From an uncultured delta proteobacterium (GTDB lineage Bacteria > Myxococcota_A > UBA9160 > SMWR01), in the NCBI GenBank assembly GCA_963832165.1, contig CAWHTE010000003.1, positions 384,001-448,000 of the forward strand: a stretch of 64,000 nucleotides of DNA, given 5' to 3'. Within the stretch, counting starts at the first letter, position 1, and each line of letters starts with the position of its first letter. Below the pieces are notes generated by a model that ran no database searches, was not told where the DNA came from, and saw only the letters and a list, made by a program, of their open reading frames with translations. This document shows, one piece after another, positions 42,424 to 52,354 of the stretch. Position numbers and translations under genes: made by a program.

Positions 42424-43208
42424 TGCCCGGGCAGGGAAGGCTCGAGGGGCGCACCGCGCTGATCACGGGCGCCGGCAGCGGGATCGGCCGCGAGACCGCG
42501 ATTCTCTTCGCGGGCGAGGGTGCGAACGTGGTGGTCGCGGATCGAGACGCCGAGGGCGCGCGTACCACTGTCGCCGCGATCACGGGGGCGGGCGGCCGTG
42601 CGCACGCGGTGTCCGTCGACGTCTCGCAGGCGGCCGCCGTGGCAGCGGCCGTCGCGGAAGCGGAGCGCACCTACGGCGCGCTGCACGTGCTGTTCAACAA
42701 CGCGGGGATCTTCCCCGATGAGGACGGGCTTCCCGTCGACACCCCGGAATCGGTCTGGGAGCGCGTGATCGACGTGAATCTCAAGGGTGTGTTCCTGGGC
42801 TGCAAGTACGGAATTCCGGCGCTCCTGCGCGCGGGCGGCGGCTCGATCATCAACACCGCGTCGTTCGTCGCGGTGGTGGGCGCGGCCACCGCGCAAATCG
42901 CCTACACGGCGAGCAAGGGCGGCGTGCTCGCGATGACGCGCGAGATCGCGGTGGCGTACGCAAAGCAGGGGATCCGCGCCAACGCGCTGTGTCCGGGGCC
43001 CGTCGACACTCCGCTGCTCCAGCAGCTGCTCGCGGATCCGGTGGCGCGTGCGCGGCGCCTCGTGCACGTGCCGATGGGCCGCCTCGCGCAGGCGGGTGAG
43101 ATTGCGCGCGCCGCGCTATTTCTCGCCTCGGCCGAGTCGTCCTACGTGAACGGCGCGACCTTCCTCGTCGACGGCGGCATCACGGCCGCCTACGTAACGG
43201 CGGAATAG
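42423..43208 (+). CDS. Short-chain dehydrogenase/reductase
   Basis: TGAGSGIG, NNAG, YTASK. Confidence 0.9.
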   Translation: MPGQGRLEGRTALITGAGSGIGRETAILFAGEGANVVVADRDAEGARTTVAAITGAGGRAHAVSVDVSQAAAVAAAVAEAERTYGALHVLFNNAGIFPDEDGLPVDTPESVWERVIDVNLKGVFLGCKYGIPALLRAGGGSIINTASFVAVVGAATAQIAYTASKGGVLAMTREIAVAYAKQGIRANALCPGPVDTPLLQQLLADPVARARRLVHVPMGRLAQAGEIARAALFLASAESSYVNGATFLVDGGITAAYVTAE

Positions 43209-43378
43209 GGCGAGTTAGGCCGGTACCGTCGGGGAAACGCCGACAGCAGTCGGGCCCGGATTGGGTCGATTCACCCATGCCGCGAGCCGCTTCGCGCCAA
43301 TAATCCCGTCGACCGTCAGGAGCGAGTGTAGGATGCGACCTGGCTTTTGGTCGACCGGAATTCCGGGGAGGAGGAGCC

Positions 43379-45109
43379 GTGAAAGCATTGATGCCGCAGT
43401 TCGTGTTGGAATCACGCGCACGCCTTTCGAACGCAATGAACGTCGGACCTGCTCTGGCGGTGCTCCTCTTGCTCGGTGCCTTTCCCGCTCTCGCCGTCAC
43501 CCGATCGGTCACCAACACGGATGACAGCGGCCCCGGTTCGCTGCGCGACACAATGGCGATCGCACAGGACGGCGACATCATCAATTTCGCTGTCCCCCTG
43601 GCGGCCACCATCAGGGTCACCACCCCGCTCACGTTCAGCTCCAGCGTGAACATCAGTGGCCCGGGGAAGGCTCTGCTGCTGATCAGCGGAGAGGACACCG
43701 CCGGCCCGGTGTTCATCATCAACGGCGGAAGTTTCATCGGGATCACGGGGGTCAAGATCCTCCGCGGAGACGGGGTGTTGGGCGGCGGGATCTTCAACGC
43801 CGGCAATCTGACTCTCTCCAGCGCCGAAGTGACCTCCAACCGCGGGCAATTGGGTGGCGGGATCTTCAATGCGGGCAGCCTGACCCTCTTGAACAGCGCC
43901 GTCACCGGGAATGTCGTGCTCCGCGATCACGCCGGCGACGACCTCGACCACGAGAACCGCGCGCGCGGCGGCGGAATCTACAACTTCGGCGGCTCGGGGC
44001 CTGCCAGCGTGTCGCTGATCAACAGCTCCGTGACTGACAACTTCGGTGGCAAGCCGTTCGGACTGGGCAGCCTCGAGCCCGACGGTGATGGAAGCGGCAT
44101 CTACAACGATCAGGGCACCGTCAGCCTGATCGACAGCACCGTGGCGCTGAACGGAACCTCCGTGAACGGACCTAACACGGGCTGGGGCGGCGGCATCTTC
44201 AACGACGGCGCGCTCGTCCTGAACAGGAGCACCGTCTCGAACAACCTCGCCTCCCAGGGAAGCGGCATCTACAACAACAACGGGTCGCTCCTGGCGACGA
44301 ATAGCACGATCGCCGACAACCGCGCGGAATCATTCGGTGGCGGAATCATGGGCGGTTTCCAGCAGGGCACCGCTTCGGGGACGGGCACCTCGACCCTGGT
44401 CAACAGCACGCTCGCAAACAACCTGGCCGTGCTCGATGGCGGAGGGATCTTCGCCAACAGCACCGTCGCATCCGTGACGGTGAAGAATTCCATCGTTGCG
44501 GAGAACACTGCGTTCAACGGCAACGGGCACAACTGCGTGTCCGGGGCGAGCGCGGCATCGCTGGGCCACAACCTGTCCGACGACTCGACCTGCGCGGCGT
44601 TCCTCGCGGGCAATGGAGACCTGAACAACGTTCCTGCCGGGCTCGATGCGTTCCTGAGCAACAACGGCGGGCCGACCCAAACCTACGCATTGACGGAGCA
44701 GAGCCCCGCGGTCGAGGGGGTACCTCTCGCCGACTGCACGGATCTGGACGGCCATCCGCTCCAGATCGACCAGCGGAGTGTTCCGCGGCCCCAGCAGAGC
44801 CTCTGCGACATCGGCGCCTACGAATTCGTCTGTCCCAATTTCGTATTCCAGTGCGTGGGCACGCTCGAGGTCGCCTCCGACGTGGAGACGTTGCGCGTTC
44901 GGAAGGGAACGAAGCGGAGCCTGGTTGCCAAGCTCGAAGCGGCCGTGGCCTCGCTGCACGTGGACGACACCACCCTGGCGATCGATCAGCTGAACGCGTT
45001 CATCAACCATACGGATGCCCTGGTGCGCGGCAACGTGCTGACCGCGGAGGAGGGATCCTCGCTGACCACGCCGACGGAAGAGATCATCCAGAGTCTCAGC
45101 GGCGGGTGA
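43379..45109 (+). CDS. Secreted beta-helix protein (GG(A/I)xN repeats, choice-of-anchor Q-like region, FIMAH-like C-terminal helices)
   Basis: VTNTDDSGPGSLR, repeated GGGIFN/GSGIYN, NNGGPTQT..DQR..RP..CDIGAYE, then LVAKL..QLNAFIN. Confidence 0.8.
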   Translation: MKALMPQFVLESRARLSNAMNVGPALAVLLLLGAFPALAVTRSVTNTDDSGPGSLRDTMAIAQDGDIINFAVPLAATIRVTTPLTFSSSVNISGPGKALLLISGEDTAGPVFIINGGSFIGITGVKILRGDGVLGGGIFNAGNLTLSSAEVTSNRGQLGGGIFNAGSLTLLNSAVTGNVVLRDHAGDDLDHENRARGGGIYNFGGSGPASVSLINSSVTDNFGGKPFGLGSLEPDGDGSGIYNDQGTVSLIDSTVALNGTSVNGPNTGWGGGIFNDGALVLNRSTVSNNLASQGSGIYNNNGSLLATNSTIADNRAESFGGGIMGGFQQGTASGTGTSTLVNSTLANNLAVLDGGGIFANSTVASVTVKNSIVAENTAFNGNGHNCVSGASAASLGHNLSDDSTCAAFLAGNGDLNNVPAGLDAFLSNNGGPTQTYALTEQSPAVEGVPLADCTDLDGHPLQIDQRSVPRPQQSLCDIGAYEFVCPNFVFQCVGTLEVASDVETLRVRKGTKRSLVAKLEAAVASLHVDDTTLAIDQLNAFINHTDALVRGNVLTAEEGSSLTTPTEEIIQSLSGG

Positions 45110-45137
45110 AAGACGGCCCATCACCTCGGCGCTCCCT

Positions 45138-46005
45138 TTGCTGCTTCGGGTCTCTCTCGTCGTCGGTGTGAGCGCCGCGCTCGCGAGCGCGGCACCCGCC
45201 CAGACGATCCGGCTGATCGGGGTCACCGGCGACGGCGCCGCCGCGCCGGAGGAGCTCTACGAGCTAAACATGGCGAACGCCTCGGCGACGTTCGTGATGG
45301 CGCTCGGCAACGGCGACGACGGGGAGACGATCGGGTACGACTCGGACGACGAGCTGCTCTACCACGCGTCGGGCACCACCAACAATCAGCGCATCTGGGA
45401 GAGCATCGACGTCGATGCCGAAGTGATCGTGGCGACGGGGGAGTTCACCGGCCCCACCGTCGCGAGCGAGAACACCGCGATGGTGTACAACCCCGCGACG
45501 GGGCGATTCCTCACCTGCGATCTCGACAACCTGTTCTTCGACGTCACGCTGGCGGGCGCAGCCGCCCAGATCGGGAACGTGCCGGTCAATCTGAAAGGCC
45601 TCGCGTTCAAGGGGGGCGTGCTCTACGGCGCCGCGGTCGGCGCGAGCACGCTCTACCGGCTGGACCCCGCCAACGGCGCGATGATCTCGAGCGTCGCGGT
45701 CACGATGCTAGGGAATCCGGTGACCGGCATGAACGGCCTCGCCACCCACCCGATCACCGGCGCGCTGTGGGCGATCCTGCGCCAGAGCGGTCTGCGGCAC
45801 CTCGGAACGTTGAACCCGACGACCGGCGTCGCGACGTCGGTCGGTGTGCTGCCCGACAACTTCGCGGGGATCGCGTTCGTCCCCGAGCCATCGTCGACGG
45901 CGCTCTTCGGCGCGGGAGTCGTCGCGATCGCGCTGTGCGCGATGCGCCGCAACCGCCCGCCCGCGCAACGATGCGCTGGCGGTGGGGTCACCCGAGGGCG
46001 ACTAG
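45138..46005 (+). CDS. PEP-CTERM sorted beta-propeller-like surface protein (stop only in +1 frame)
   Basis: Signal peptide, LYxLDPxxG-type repeats, VPEPSS-hydrophobic helix-RRNR; nearest plausible stop TAG at 46003-46005. Confidence 0.75.
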
Positions 46006-47711
46006 AACAACGAGCCCTCGGTCGTGCCGAGCATCGCCTCGCGCACCATGGGCACGGGCGGCCCTCCGTACGCAAGGAAGCGATCGTGGAACTCGCGCCA
46101 CGCTCGTCGCCCGCCGCGAGTCGCGGTCCAGTCGGCGCGCAGCTTGCGGATCATGAGCTTGCCCATGGTGTAGTTGAGGTAGGCGGGATCGTAGGTGCCG
46201 CGCGCCGCCTGCTGGCGTGCGCTGCCGACGTCCTGATACGCCTCCTCGAGGAACAACCGCTCCGACTCGGCAACGCTCATGCCGCGCGTGTGCAGCCCGA
46301 TGGCCGAGACGTATCGCGCGTTGCGCAGCAGTGCGTTGGAGAGCTGCCCGATGTGTGTCCGCGGATCTCCGTTTCCGAGCCCCATCTCCCACATCATCTC
46401 CTCGGCGTAGTGCGCCCAGCCCTCGGCGAACGCATAGCCGACGAACAGCCGGCCGAGCATCGAGTCCGAACGGTTCGCATGCAGAAAATTGAGGAAGTGG
46501 CCCGGCCACACCTCGTGCACCGATGTGAACATCAGGTCTGCCTTGCCCGGCAGGTAGTCGCGCTGGACTTCCTTCGACCACGATGGATCGGGCGGCGAGA
46601 TGTAGTAGACCGACGGCAGATCCTTCTCGTACGGACCCGGGATGTCGATGTAGGCGAAGTTGGCGCGGTTGTACGGCGGCGCTTCGGCGACGAGTGCGAC
46701 CTGGTCGCTCGGGATGCTCACGACCTGCTCGTCGAGGATGAACTGCTTGAGCCCGGCGAGCTGCTCACGCGCGCCCTGCACCGGCCCGCCGCTCGGCTTG
46801 TCCTCACGCGATCTCGCGATGCACGCCGGAATGCTCGCGTCCGGGGCAAAGCGCGCACACGCGCCCTCGAGCGCTGCCTGGTTGCGCTCGAGGTCGGCGC
46901 GACCGACCGCTTCCAGCTCCGCGAGGGGCGTGTCGACGTGCTCGGTCACGCGCAGCATCTGCGCGAACTTGTCCGCACCGAGCGCGTAGTCCTGGGTCGC
47001 GTTCGGGAGCTCGCGCTCGAGCCACGTTTGCAGCTCGCGCATCGCCGCGGTGGCGGCGCGATTCGCCTCCGCCAGCTCCTGTTGCAGCGCTGCGTCCGTC
47101 ACCGGCGCGAACGCCCTGGGCAGGTCGTTCTCGTAGAAATCGGCGAAGCCGCCGAGCATCGAGATGCCGCGCTTCACGTAGGTCTCCGGCAGCGGCAGGT
47201 ACAGGTTCGCGCGAATCTGCGCGGCGGCGGTGGGAATCGAGCGCGCGTAGCCGATGTAGGCGCGCATGCGCTGCTCGAGCGGCGCGTACTCGCGCGTGAG
47301 ATACGGGCTCGGGTCGAGGCCGCCGAGATAGAACGTGGGATTGCGGAACGGCGCCTCGGCCGTTTCCAGCCAGAACAGATCGCGATCGATGCGCGACACC
47401 AGGTAGTCGCGCTCGAAACGCTCGGCATCGCCGAGATCCGCGAGCGCCATCGCGCGCTCGCGCGCGTCGTGCAGGCGACGGATCTCCGTCGCGATGCCCC
47501 CGGTGCTCCAGTCGGGCAGCTTGCCGTCGAACTCGTGGCGTCCGGCGTTCACGGCCATCGCCGGATCCGCGTTCAGGTAGTCCTCGATGATGCCGTCGCG
47601 AAGACTCGTCCAGCCCGAGTCGCGGGTGGGCGAGGGCTCGTCCTTCTTCCCGCAGCTCGCAAGCGACAGGACCGCGAGGCCCAGCACTGCCGCGGCGATC
47701 GCAATACGCAC
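46002..47711 (-). CDS. DUF885 family lipoprotein (putative metallopeptidase)
   Basis: Lipobox LASC; HEVWPGH, FAEGWAHYAE, YLNYTMGKL, FHDRFL..G. Confidence 0.85.
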   Translation of the reverse strand: MRIAIAAAVLGLAVLSLASCGKKDEPSPTRDSGWTSLRDGIIEDYLNADPAMAVNAGRHEFDGKLPDWSTGGIATEIRRLHDARERAMALADLGDAERFERDYLVSRIDRDLFWLETAEAPFRNPTFYLGGLDPSPYLTREYAPLEQRMRAYIGYARSIPTAAAQIRANLYLPLPETYVKRGISMLGGFADFYENDLPRAFAPVTDAALQQELAEANRAATAAMRELQTWLERELPNATQDYALGADKFAQMLRVTEHVDTPLAELEAVGRADLERNQAALEGACARFAPDASIPACIARSREDKPSGGPVQGAREQLAGLKQFILDEQVVSIPSDQVALVAEAPPYNRANFAYIDIPGPYEKDLPSVYYISPPDPSWSKEVQRDYLPGKADLMFTSVHEVWPGHFLNFLHANRSDSMLGRLFVGYAFAEGWAHYAEEMMWEMGLGNGDPRTHIGQLSNALLRNARYVSAIGLHTRGMSVAESERLFLEEAYQDVGSARQQAARGTYDPAYLNYTMGKLMIRKLRADWTATRGGRRAWREFHDRFLAYGGPPVPMVREAMLGTTEGSLF

Positions 47712-47733
47712 AGGGATGCGCTCGCTCCGTGGC

Positions 47734-49341
47734 CTACGACTTCCGAACGAGCGTGTCGGTGCGGAAGGCGTCGTCGTGAACGGGGTGATCGACGTTGTAG
47801 TGCAGGCCGCGGCTCTCGAGCCGGCGCTGCGCGCACTCGATCACGAGCTGGCCCACCGTGGCGAGATTGCGCAGCTCTACCAGATCGGGCGTGACGCGCG
47901 AGTTCCAGTAGTAGTCGGTGATCTCGCTCTGGAGCAGGCCGATGCGGCGCTGCGCGCGCGCGAGGCGCCGGTCGCTGCGCACGATCCCGACGTAGTTCCA
48001 CATGAAGCGGCGGATCTCGTCCCAGTTCTGCGTGATCACGACCGCTTCGTCACTCTCGGTGGCGTCGCCCTCCTCCCACCGCGGCGCATCGCGCTCGTCG
48101 GGCGCCTGATCGCGCAGCCGCGCGCGTGTGGCCTGGGCCGCGGCATCGGCGAAGACGAGCGCCTCGAGCAGCGAGTTCGAGGCGAGGCGGTTTGCGCCGT
48201 GCAGTCCCGTACACGCGACCTCGCCCGCCGCGAACAGGTTCGCCACGTCGGTCTCGCCCGTGAGGTCCGTGGCGACGCCGCCGCAGCAGTAGTGCGCCGC
48301 CGGCACGACCGGGATCGGCTCGCGTGTGAGGTCGATACCGAACTCGAGGCAGCGCCGGTAGATGTTCGGGAACCGCTCGCGCAGGTAGCTCGCCTCGCGA
48401 TGCGTGATGTCGAGCAGCACCCAGTGATCGCCCGTGCGCTTGAGCGCGGAGTCGATCGCGCGCGCGACGATGTCGCGCGGCGCCAGGTCGGCCAGCTCGT
48501 GCAGGTCCTGCATGATCGGGGTGCCGTCCTGCGTGCGCAGGATCCCGCCCTCGCCGCGCACCGCCTCGGTGATCAGGAACGACTTCGCCTGCGGGTGGTA
48601 GAGGCAGGTGGGGTGGAACTGGACGAACTCCATGTTCGCGAGCGTGGCGCCCGCGCGATAGGCCATCGCCATCCCGTCGCCCGACGCGATGTCGGGATTG
48701 CTCGTGTACAGATAGACCTTGCCCGCACCGCCCGTGGCCAAGAGCGTCACGCGCGCCTGGAACGGCACGACGTTGCCCTCCGCGTCGAGCACGTAGGCGC
48801 CGATCGCGCGCGGTGTCGACTCCCAGCCGAGCTTGTTCGTGGTGAGCAGGTCGACGCCGCAGTGGTCCTCGAATAGCGCGATGTTGGGGTGCGCGCGCGC
48901 GCGCGATAGCAGCACGCGCTCGATCTCGCGCCCGGTCGCATCGCGGTGGTGGAGGATGCGCCGGTGCGAGTGGCCGCCCTCGCGGCCGAGATCGAAGGTC
49001 GACTTGCCTTGCGTGGGGGCGTCACTCGTGATGTCGAAGTCGGCGCCGAGCTTGAGCAGCGCATCGATCATCGCGGGGCCGCGCTCGATCACGCGCTGGA
49101 CCACCTCGGGCCGGCACAGGCCGTCGCCCGCGACCAGCGTGTCGCGCACGTGCGACTCGAACGAGTCGTCGCCGTCCTGGACCGCGGCGATCCCGCCCTG
49201 GGCCCAGTTCGTGGCCGAGTCGGCCGCCCGCTTCTTGGTGACGATGGCGACCGAGCCGAACTCGGCCACGCGCAGCGCGTAGAACAGACCCGCAATTCCG
49301 CTTCCGAGTACCAGGACGTCGCAGCGGAAAGGCTTTTGCAA
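47734..49341 (-). CDS. nadB: L-aspartate oxidase
   Basis: [55 protein letters not shown]. Confidence 0.95.
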   Translation of the reverse strand: MQKPFRCDVLVLGSGIAGLFYALRVAEFGSVAIVTKKRAADSATNWAQGGIAAVQDGDDSFESHVRDTLVAGDGLCRPEVVQRVIERGPAMIDALLKLGADFDITSDAPTQGKSTFDLGREGGHSHRRILHHRDATGREIERVLLSRARAHPNIALFEDHCGVDLLTTNKLGWESTPRAIGAYVLDAEGNVVPFQARVTLLATGGAGKVYLYTSNPDIASGDGMAMAYRAGATLANMEFVQFHPTCLYHPQAKSFLITEAVRGEGGILRTQDGTPIMQDLHELADLAPRDIVARAIDSALKRTGDHWVLLDITHREASYLRERFPNIYRRCLEFGIDLTREPIPVVPAAHYCCGGVATDLTGETDVANLFAAGEVACTGLHGANRLASNSLLEALVFADAAAQATRARLRDQAPDERDAPRWEEGDATESDEAVVITQNWDEIRRFMWNYVGIVRSDRRLARAQRRIGLLQSEITDYYWNSRVTPDLVELRNLATVGQLVIECAQRRLESRGLHYNVDHPVHDDAFRTDTLVRKS

Positions 49342-49402
49342 CGAGGGGGACCGCCGAGGTCCGGGGCTAAGGGGCCCGCGGGAAGGCGCCGATACGCGCC
49401 GG

Positions 49403-50056
49403 GTGATCGTACCCCCGCATTCTATCCGCGCGTGGCAGCCGCGGGCAATCCCCCGAGGGGCGTCTCTGCGGGTCTGGGCCGCGGTGTTGGCTCTGGTCGC
49501 GACGGCCGCGCCCGCGTGGGCGGGCGGCGCGATCTACGCGTTCGTGGACGAGCGCGGCGTCACGCATTTCACGAACCGCCCCGCGCGGGACAAGCGCTTC
49601 AAGGCGATCAAGCTGCGCGACAACCTCTCCGCGCCCGTGCCGAAGTACCGCACGCCGCGGACCACCGCCTACGACCCGCTGATCGGCGAAGCCGCGGCGA
49701 GCGAGGGCGTGCCGCCCGCGCTCGTGAAGGCCGTGATCGCGGCGGAGTCCGCGTTCGATTCGGACGCGGTGTCGCGCAAGGGCGCGCAGGGCCTCATGCA
49801 GCTGATGCCCGACACGGCGCAGCTCGTGGGCGTCGACGACCCGTTCGAGCCCGCCCAGAACGTGCGCGGCGGCACCACCTACCTGCGCTCGATGATCGAC
49901 CGTTATGGCGATCTCAGCCGTGCGCTCGCCGCGTACAACGCGGGCCCTAGCGCGGTCGATCGCTATGGCGGCATCCCGCCGTTCCGCGAGACGCGGGATT
50001 ACGTGGACCGCGTTCTGACGTACTATCGCCGCTACCATGGCGATTTCGCGCGGTAG
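49403..50056 (+). CDS. Lytic transglycosylase (SLT domain)
   Basis: [30 protein letters not shown]; start uncertain. Confidence 0.88.
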   Translation: MIVPPHSIRAWQPRAIPRGASLRVWAAVLALVATAAPAWAGGAIYAFVDERGVTHFTNRPARDKRFKAIKLRDNLSAPVPKYRTPRTTAYDPLIGEAAASEGVPPALVKAVIAAESAFDSDAVSRKGAQGLMQLMPDTAQLVGVDDPFEPAQNVRGGTTYLRSMIDRYGDLSRALAAYNAGPSAVDRYGGIPPFRETRDYVDRVLTYYRRYHGDFAR

Positions 50057-50822
50057 CGACGGCACAGCCCCGATCGAGCCGCTCGCCGCTGCGACCCCTC
50101 AAGACACTCCGGCTCCGACGCTCTCGCGCCACGCGCTGCGGTCGTCGGCCGAGGTCGAGCGCGAGCCCGAGCCGGCACCAGCGCTCTCTGCGCCGGAGCT
50201 CGCGCCGCCGCGGCCCGCCGCGAGCGCGACGGCGCACGGCGCACCGACCCACTCCGCCGAAACGTTCTGGAACCTGCCCAACACGATCACCGCGCTGCGC
50301 GCGGCGGTAGTCCCGGTGCTGCTGTTCTTCCCGTTTTTCTCGGGCGAGACGGGCAGCGCCGTGATGGCGTGGATCTTCATCGTCGCCGCGGTGTCCGACC
50401 TCGTGGACGGCTGGCTCGCGCGCCGCGGCAAGCAGGTGACCCACATCGGCGTGCTGCTCGATCCGCTCGCGGACAAGCTCGTGGTCTCGACCGCGCTGAT
50501 CGTGCTGCTCGCGATGGGCCGGCTCACGACGTTCTGGGGCACCGTGATGGTGGTGACGATCGTGGGCCGCGAGCTCGCCGTGACCGGGCTGCGCGGAATC
50601 GCCTCGGCGGGCGGTCAGATCGTCGGGGCGTCGTCGCTCGGCAAGCTCAAGACCGTCACGCAGAACATCGCGGTCGGCGCGTTGTTGTTCCACTACACGA
50701 CGCTCGGGCTCCCCGCGCACACGGTAGGGATGATCTTCCTGGTCATCGCAACCGCCCTCACGGCCGCTTCAGGTTATCGGTATTTCGCCGATTACTTCCG
50801 CGGGCTCGCACGCGCGGGCTGA
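50037..50822 (+). CDS. pgsA: CDP-diacylglycerol--glycerol-3-phosphate 3-phosphatidyltransferase
   Basis: [16 protein letters not shown]...[22 protein letters not shown]. Confidence 0.9.
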   Translation: MAISRGSDGTAPIEPLAAATPQDTPAPTLSRHALRSSAEVEREPEPAPALSAPELAPPRPAASATAHGAPTHSAETFWNLPNTITALRAAVVPVLLFFPFFSGETGSAVMAWIFIVAAVSDLVDGWLARRGKQVTHIGVLLDPLADKLVVSTALIVLLAMGRLTTFWGTVMVVTIVGRELAVTGLRGIASAGGQIVGASSLGKLKTVTQNIAVGALLFHYTTLGLPAHTVGMIFLVIATALTAASGYRYFADYFRGLARAG

Positions 50823-50831
50823 GGGGGCGCC

Positions 50832-52145
50832 ATGGATCGCCTGCGAGAGCTCGGGGATCGGATCACCGCGCGCAATGTGCACGTGGGGGTGATCGGCCTC
50901 GGCTACGTCGGCCTGCCGCTCGCGCTCGAATTCGCCAAGCGCGGATTCCACGTCACGGGATTCGACGTCAACCGCGCCAAGATCGAGTCGCTCCAGCGGG
51001 GCGAGTCCTACATCGAAGACGTGGCCGCGTCCGAAGTCGCAGCGGCCTTGAAGCAGGGCAGCTTCTCCGCCACGGCCGATTCCGGCGAGCTGTCGCGCTG
51101 CGACGTGATCAACGTCTGCGTTCCGACGCCGCTCACGCGCAGCAAGGATCCCGACGTCTCGCACATGGCGAGCGCGATGGAGGAGATCCGCAAGCGCCTG
51201 CGCAGCGGTCAGCTCATCGTGCTCGGCAGCACCACCTATCCCGGGACCACGCACGAGCTGTTCGTGCCGCTGCTCGAGAGCACGGGCCTGCGCGTGGGCC
51301 ACGACTTCGCGCTCGCGTTCGCGCCGGAGCGCATCGACCCCGCCAACCGCCAGTTCAAGGTGCGCGAGGTGCCGAAGGTGGTCGGCGGCGAGACCCCGCT
51401 GTGCTGCGAGCTCGCGAAGCGCCTGTTCGAGACGATCTTCGACAGCGTCGTGCCGGTGTCCTCGACCCAGAGCGCCGAGATGGTGAAGCTGCTCGAGAAC
51501 ACCTTCCGCGCGATCAACATCGGCCTCGTGAACGAAGTGGCGATGATGTGCGACCGCCTCGGCCTCGACGTCTGGGAGGTGATCGAGGCCGCCGCGACCA
51601 AGCCCTACGGCTACATGAAGTTCCTGCCCGGCCCGGGCCTGGGGGGTCACTGCATTCCCGTCGACCCCACCTACCTCTCCTGGAAGATGAAGTCGTTGAA
51701 CTTCCCGGCGCGCTTCATCGACCTCGCCACCGAGATCAACGGCCAGATGCCCGAGCACGTGGCCGAGCGCGTGGGCGATCTGCTCAACGAGGATCGCATC
51801 GCCGTGAACGGCTCGCGGATCCTGATCCTGGGCGCCGCGTACAAGGCAAACGTTTCCGATGTGCGCGAGTCGCCCTCGCTCGACGTGATGAAGCTCCTGC
51901 GCGCCAAGGGCGCCGAGATCTCGTATCACGATCCCCACGTCGCGGAGCTCGAGCTCGAGGGCCGGATGTTCAAGAGCGAGGACCTCACCGACGAGCTGAT
52001 CGAGAGCCAGGACCTCGTCGTGATCGTGACCGATCACGCCGCGGTCGACACCGCGCACGTCGTCGCGCACGCACAGCGGGTGTTCGATACCCGCAACGCG
52101 ACGCGCGGGATCCGGGAGGGGCGCGAGAAGATCCGGCGTCTCTGA
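50832..52145 (+). CDS. Nucleotide-sugar (UDP-N-acetylhexosamine) dehydrogenase
   Basis: GLGYVGLP, CVPTP, STTYPGTT, PERIDP, GLGGHCIPVDP, DVRESP. Confidence 0.92.
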   Translation: MDRLRELGDRITARNVHVGVIGLGYVGLPLALEFAKRGFHVTGFDVNRAKIESLQRGESYIEDVAASEVAAALKQGSFSATADSGELSRCDVINVCVPTPLTRSKDPDVSHMASAMEEIRKRLRSGQLIVLGSTTYPGTTHELFVPLLESTGLRVGHDFALAFAPERIDPANRQFKVREVPKVVGGETPLCCELAKRLFETIFDSVVPVSSTQSAEMVKLLENTFRAINIGLVNEVAMMCDRLGLDVWEVIEAAATKPYGYMKFLPGPGLGGHCIPVDPTYLSWKMKSLNFPARFIDLATEINGQMPEHVAERVGDLLNEDRIAVNGSRILILGAAYKANVSDVRESPSLDVMKLLRAKGAEISYHDPHVAELELEGRMFKSEDLTDELIESQDLVVIVTDHAAVDTAHVVAHAQRVFDTRNATRGIREGREKIRRL

Positions 52146-52160
52146 CCCGCGCGGCCGCCC

Positions 52161-52188
52161 TTGACGCGGCGGGCCAGCCGGTCATATT
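52161..52188 (+). promoter_or_regulatory. Putative sigma70 promoter of tRNA-Gly
   Basis: TTGACG (52161) - 16 nt - CATATT (52183). Confidence 0.5.
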
Positions 52189-52209
52189 CCGAAGCCACGT
52201 TTTTTTCGA

Positions 52210-52285
52210 GCACGAGTAGCTCAGCTGGTAGAGCGCCACGTTGCCAACGTGGGGGTCGCGGGTTCGAGTCCCGTCTCGTGCTCCA
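52210..52285 (+). tRNA. tRNA-Gly (GCC)
   Basis: 76-nt cloverleaf: acceptor GCACGAG/CTCGTGC, D arm AGCTCAGCTGGTAGAGC, anticodon loop TTGCCAA, GTTCGAG T loop, U73 and encoded CCA. Confidence 0.97.
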
Positions 52286-52293
52286 GGTCTTCC

Positions 52294-52332
52294 AAACGCC
52301 TTCGATCGAATCCGGTCGAAGGCGTTTTGTTT
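52294..52332 (+). terminator. Intrinsic terminator after tRNA-Gly (possibly bidirectional)
   Basis: AAACGCCTTCGATCG-AATC-CGGTCGAAGGCGTTT then TGTTT; convergent SDR gene follows. Confidence 0.8.
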
Positions 52333-52354
52333 GTGCGCCCCTTTCGGGCCGCGG

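Noticed and set aside
45138..47894. 918-aa ORF
   Set aside because: Only the first ~272 aa (to VPEP-TM-RR) look real; the rest is the antisense of the DUF885 gene and nadB, reached because the stop is out of frame
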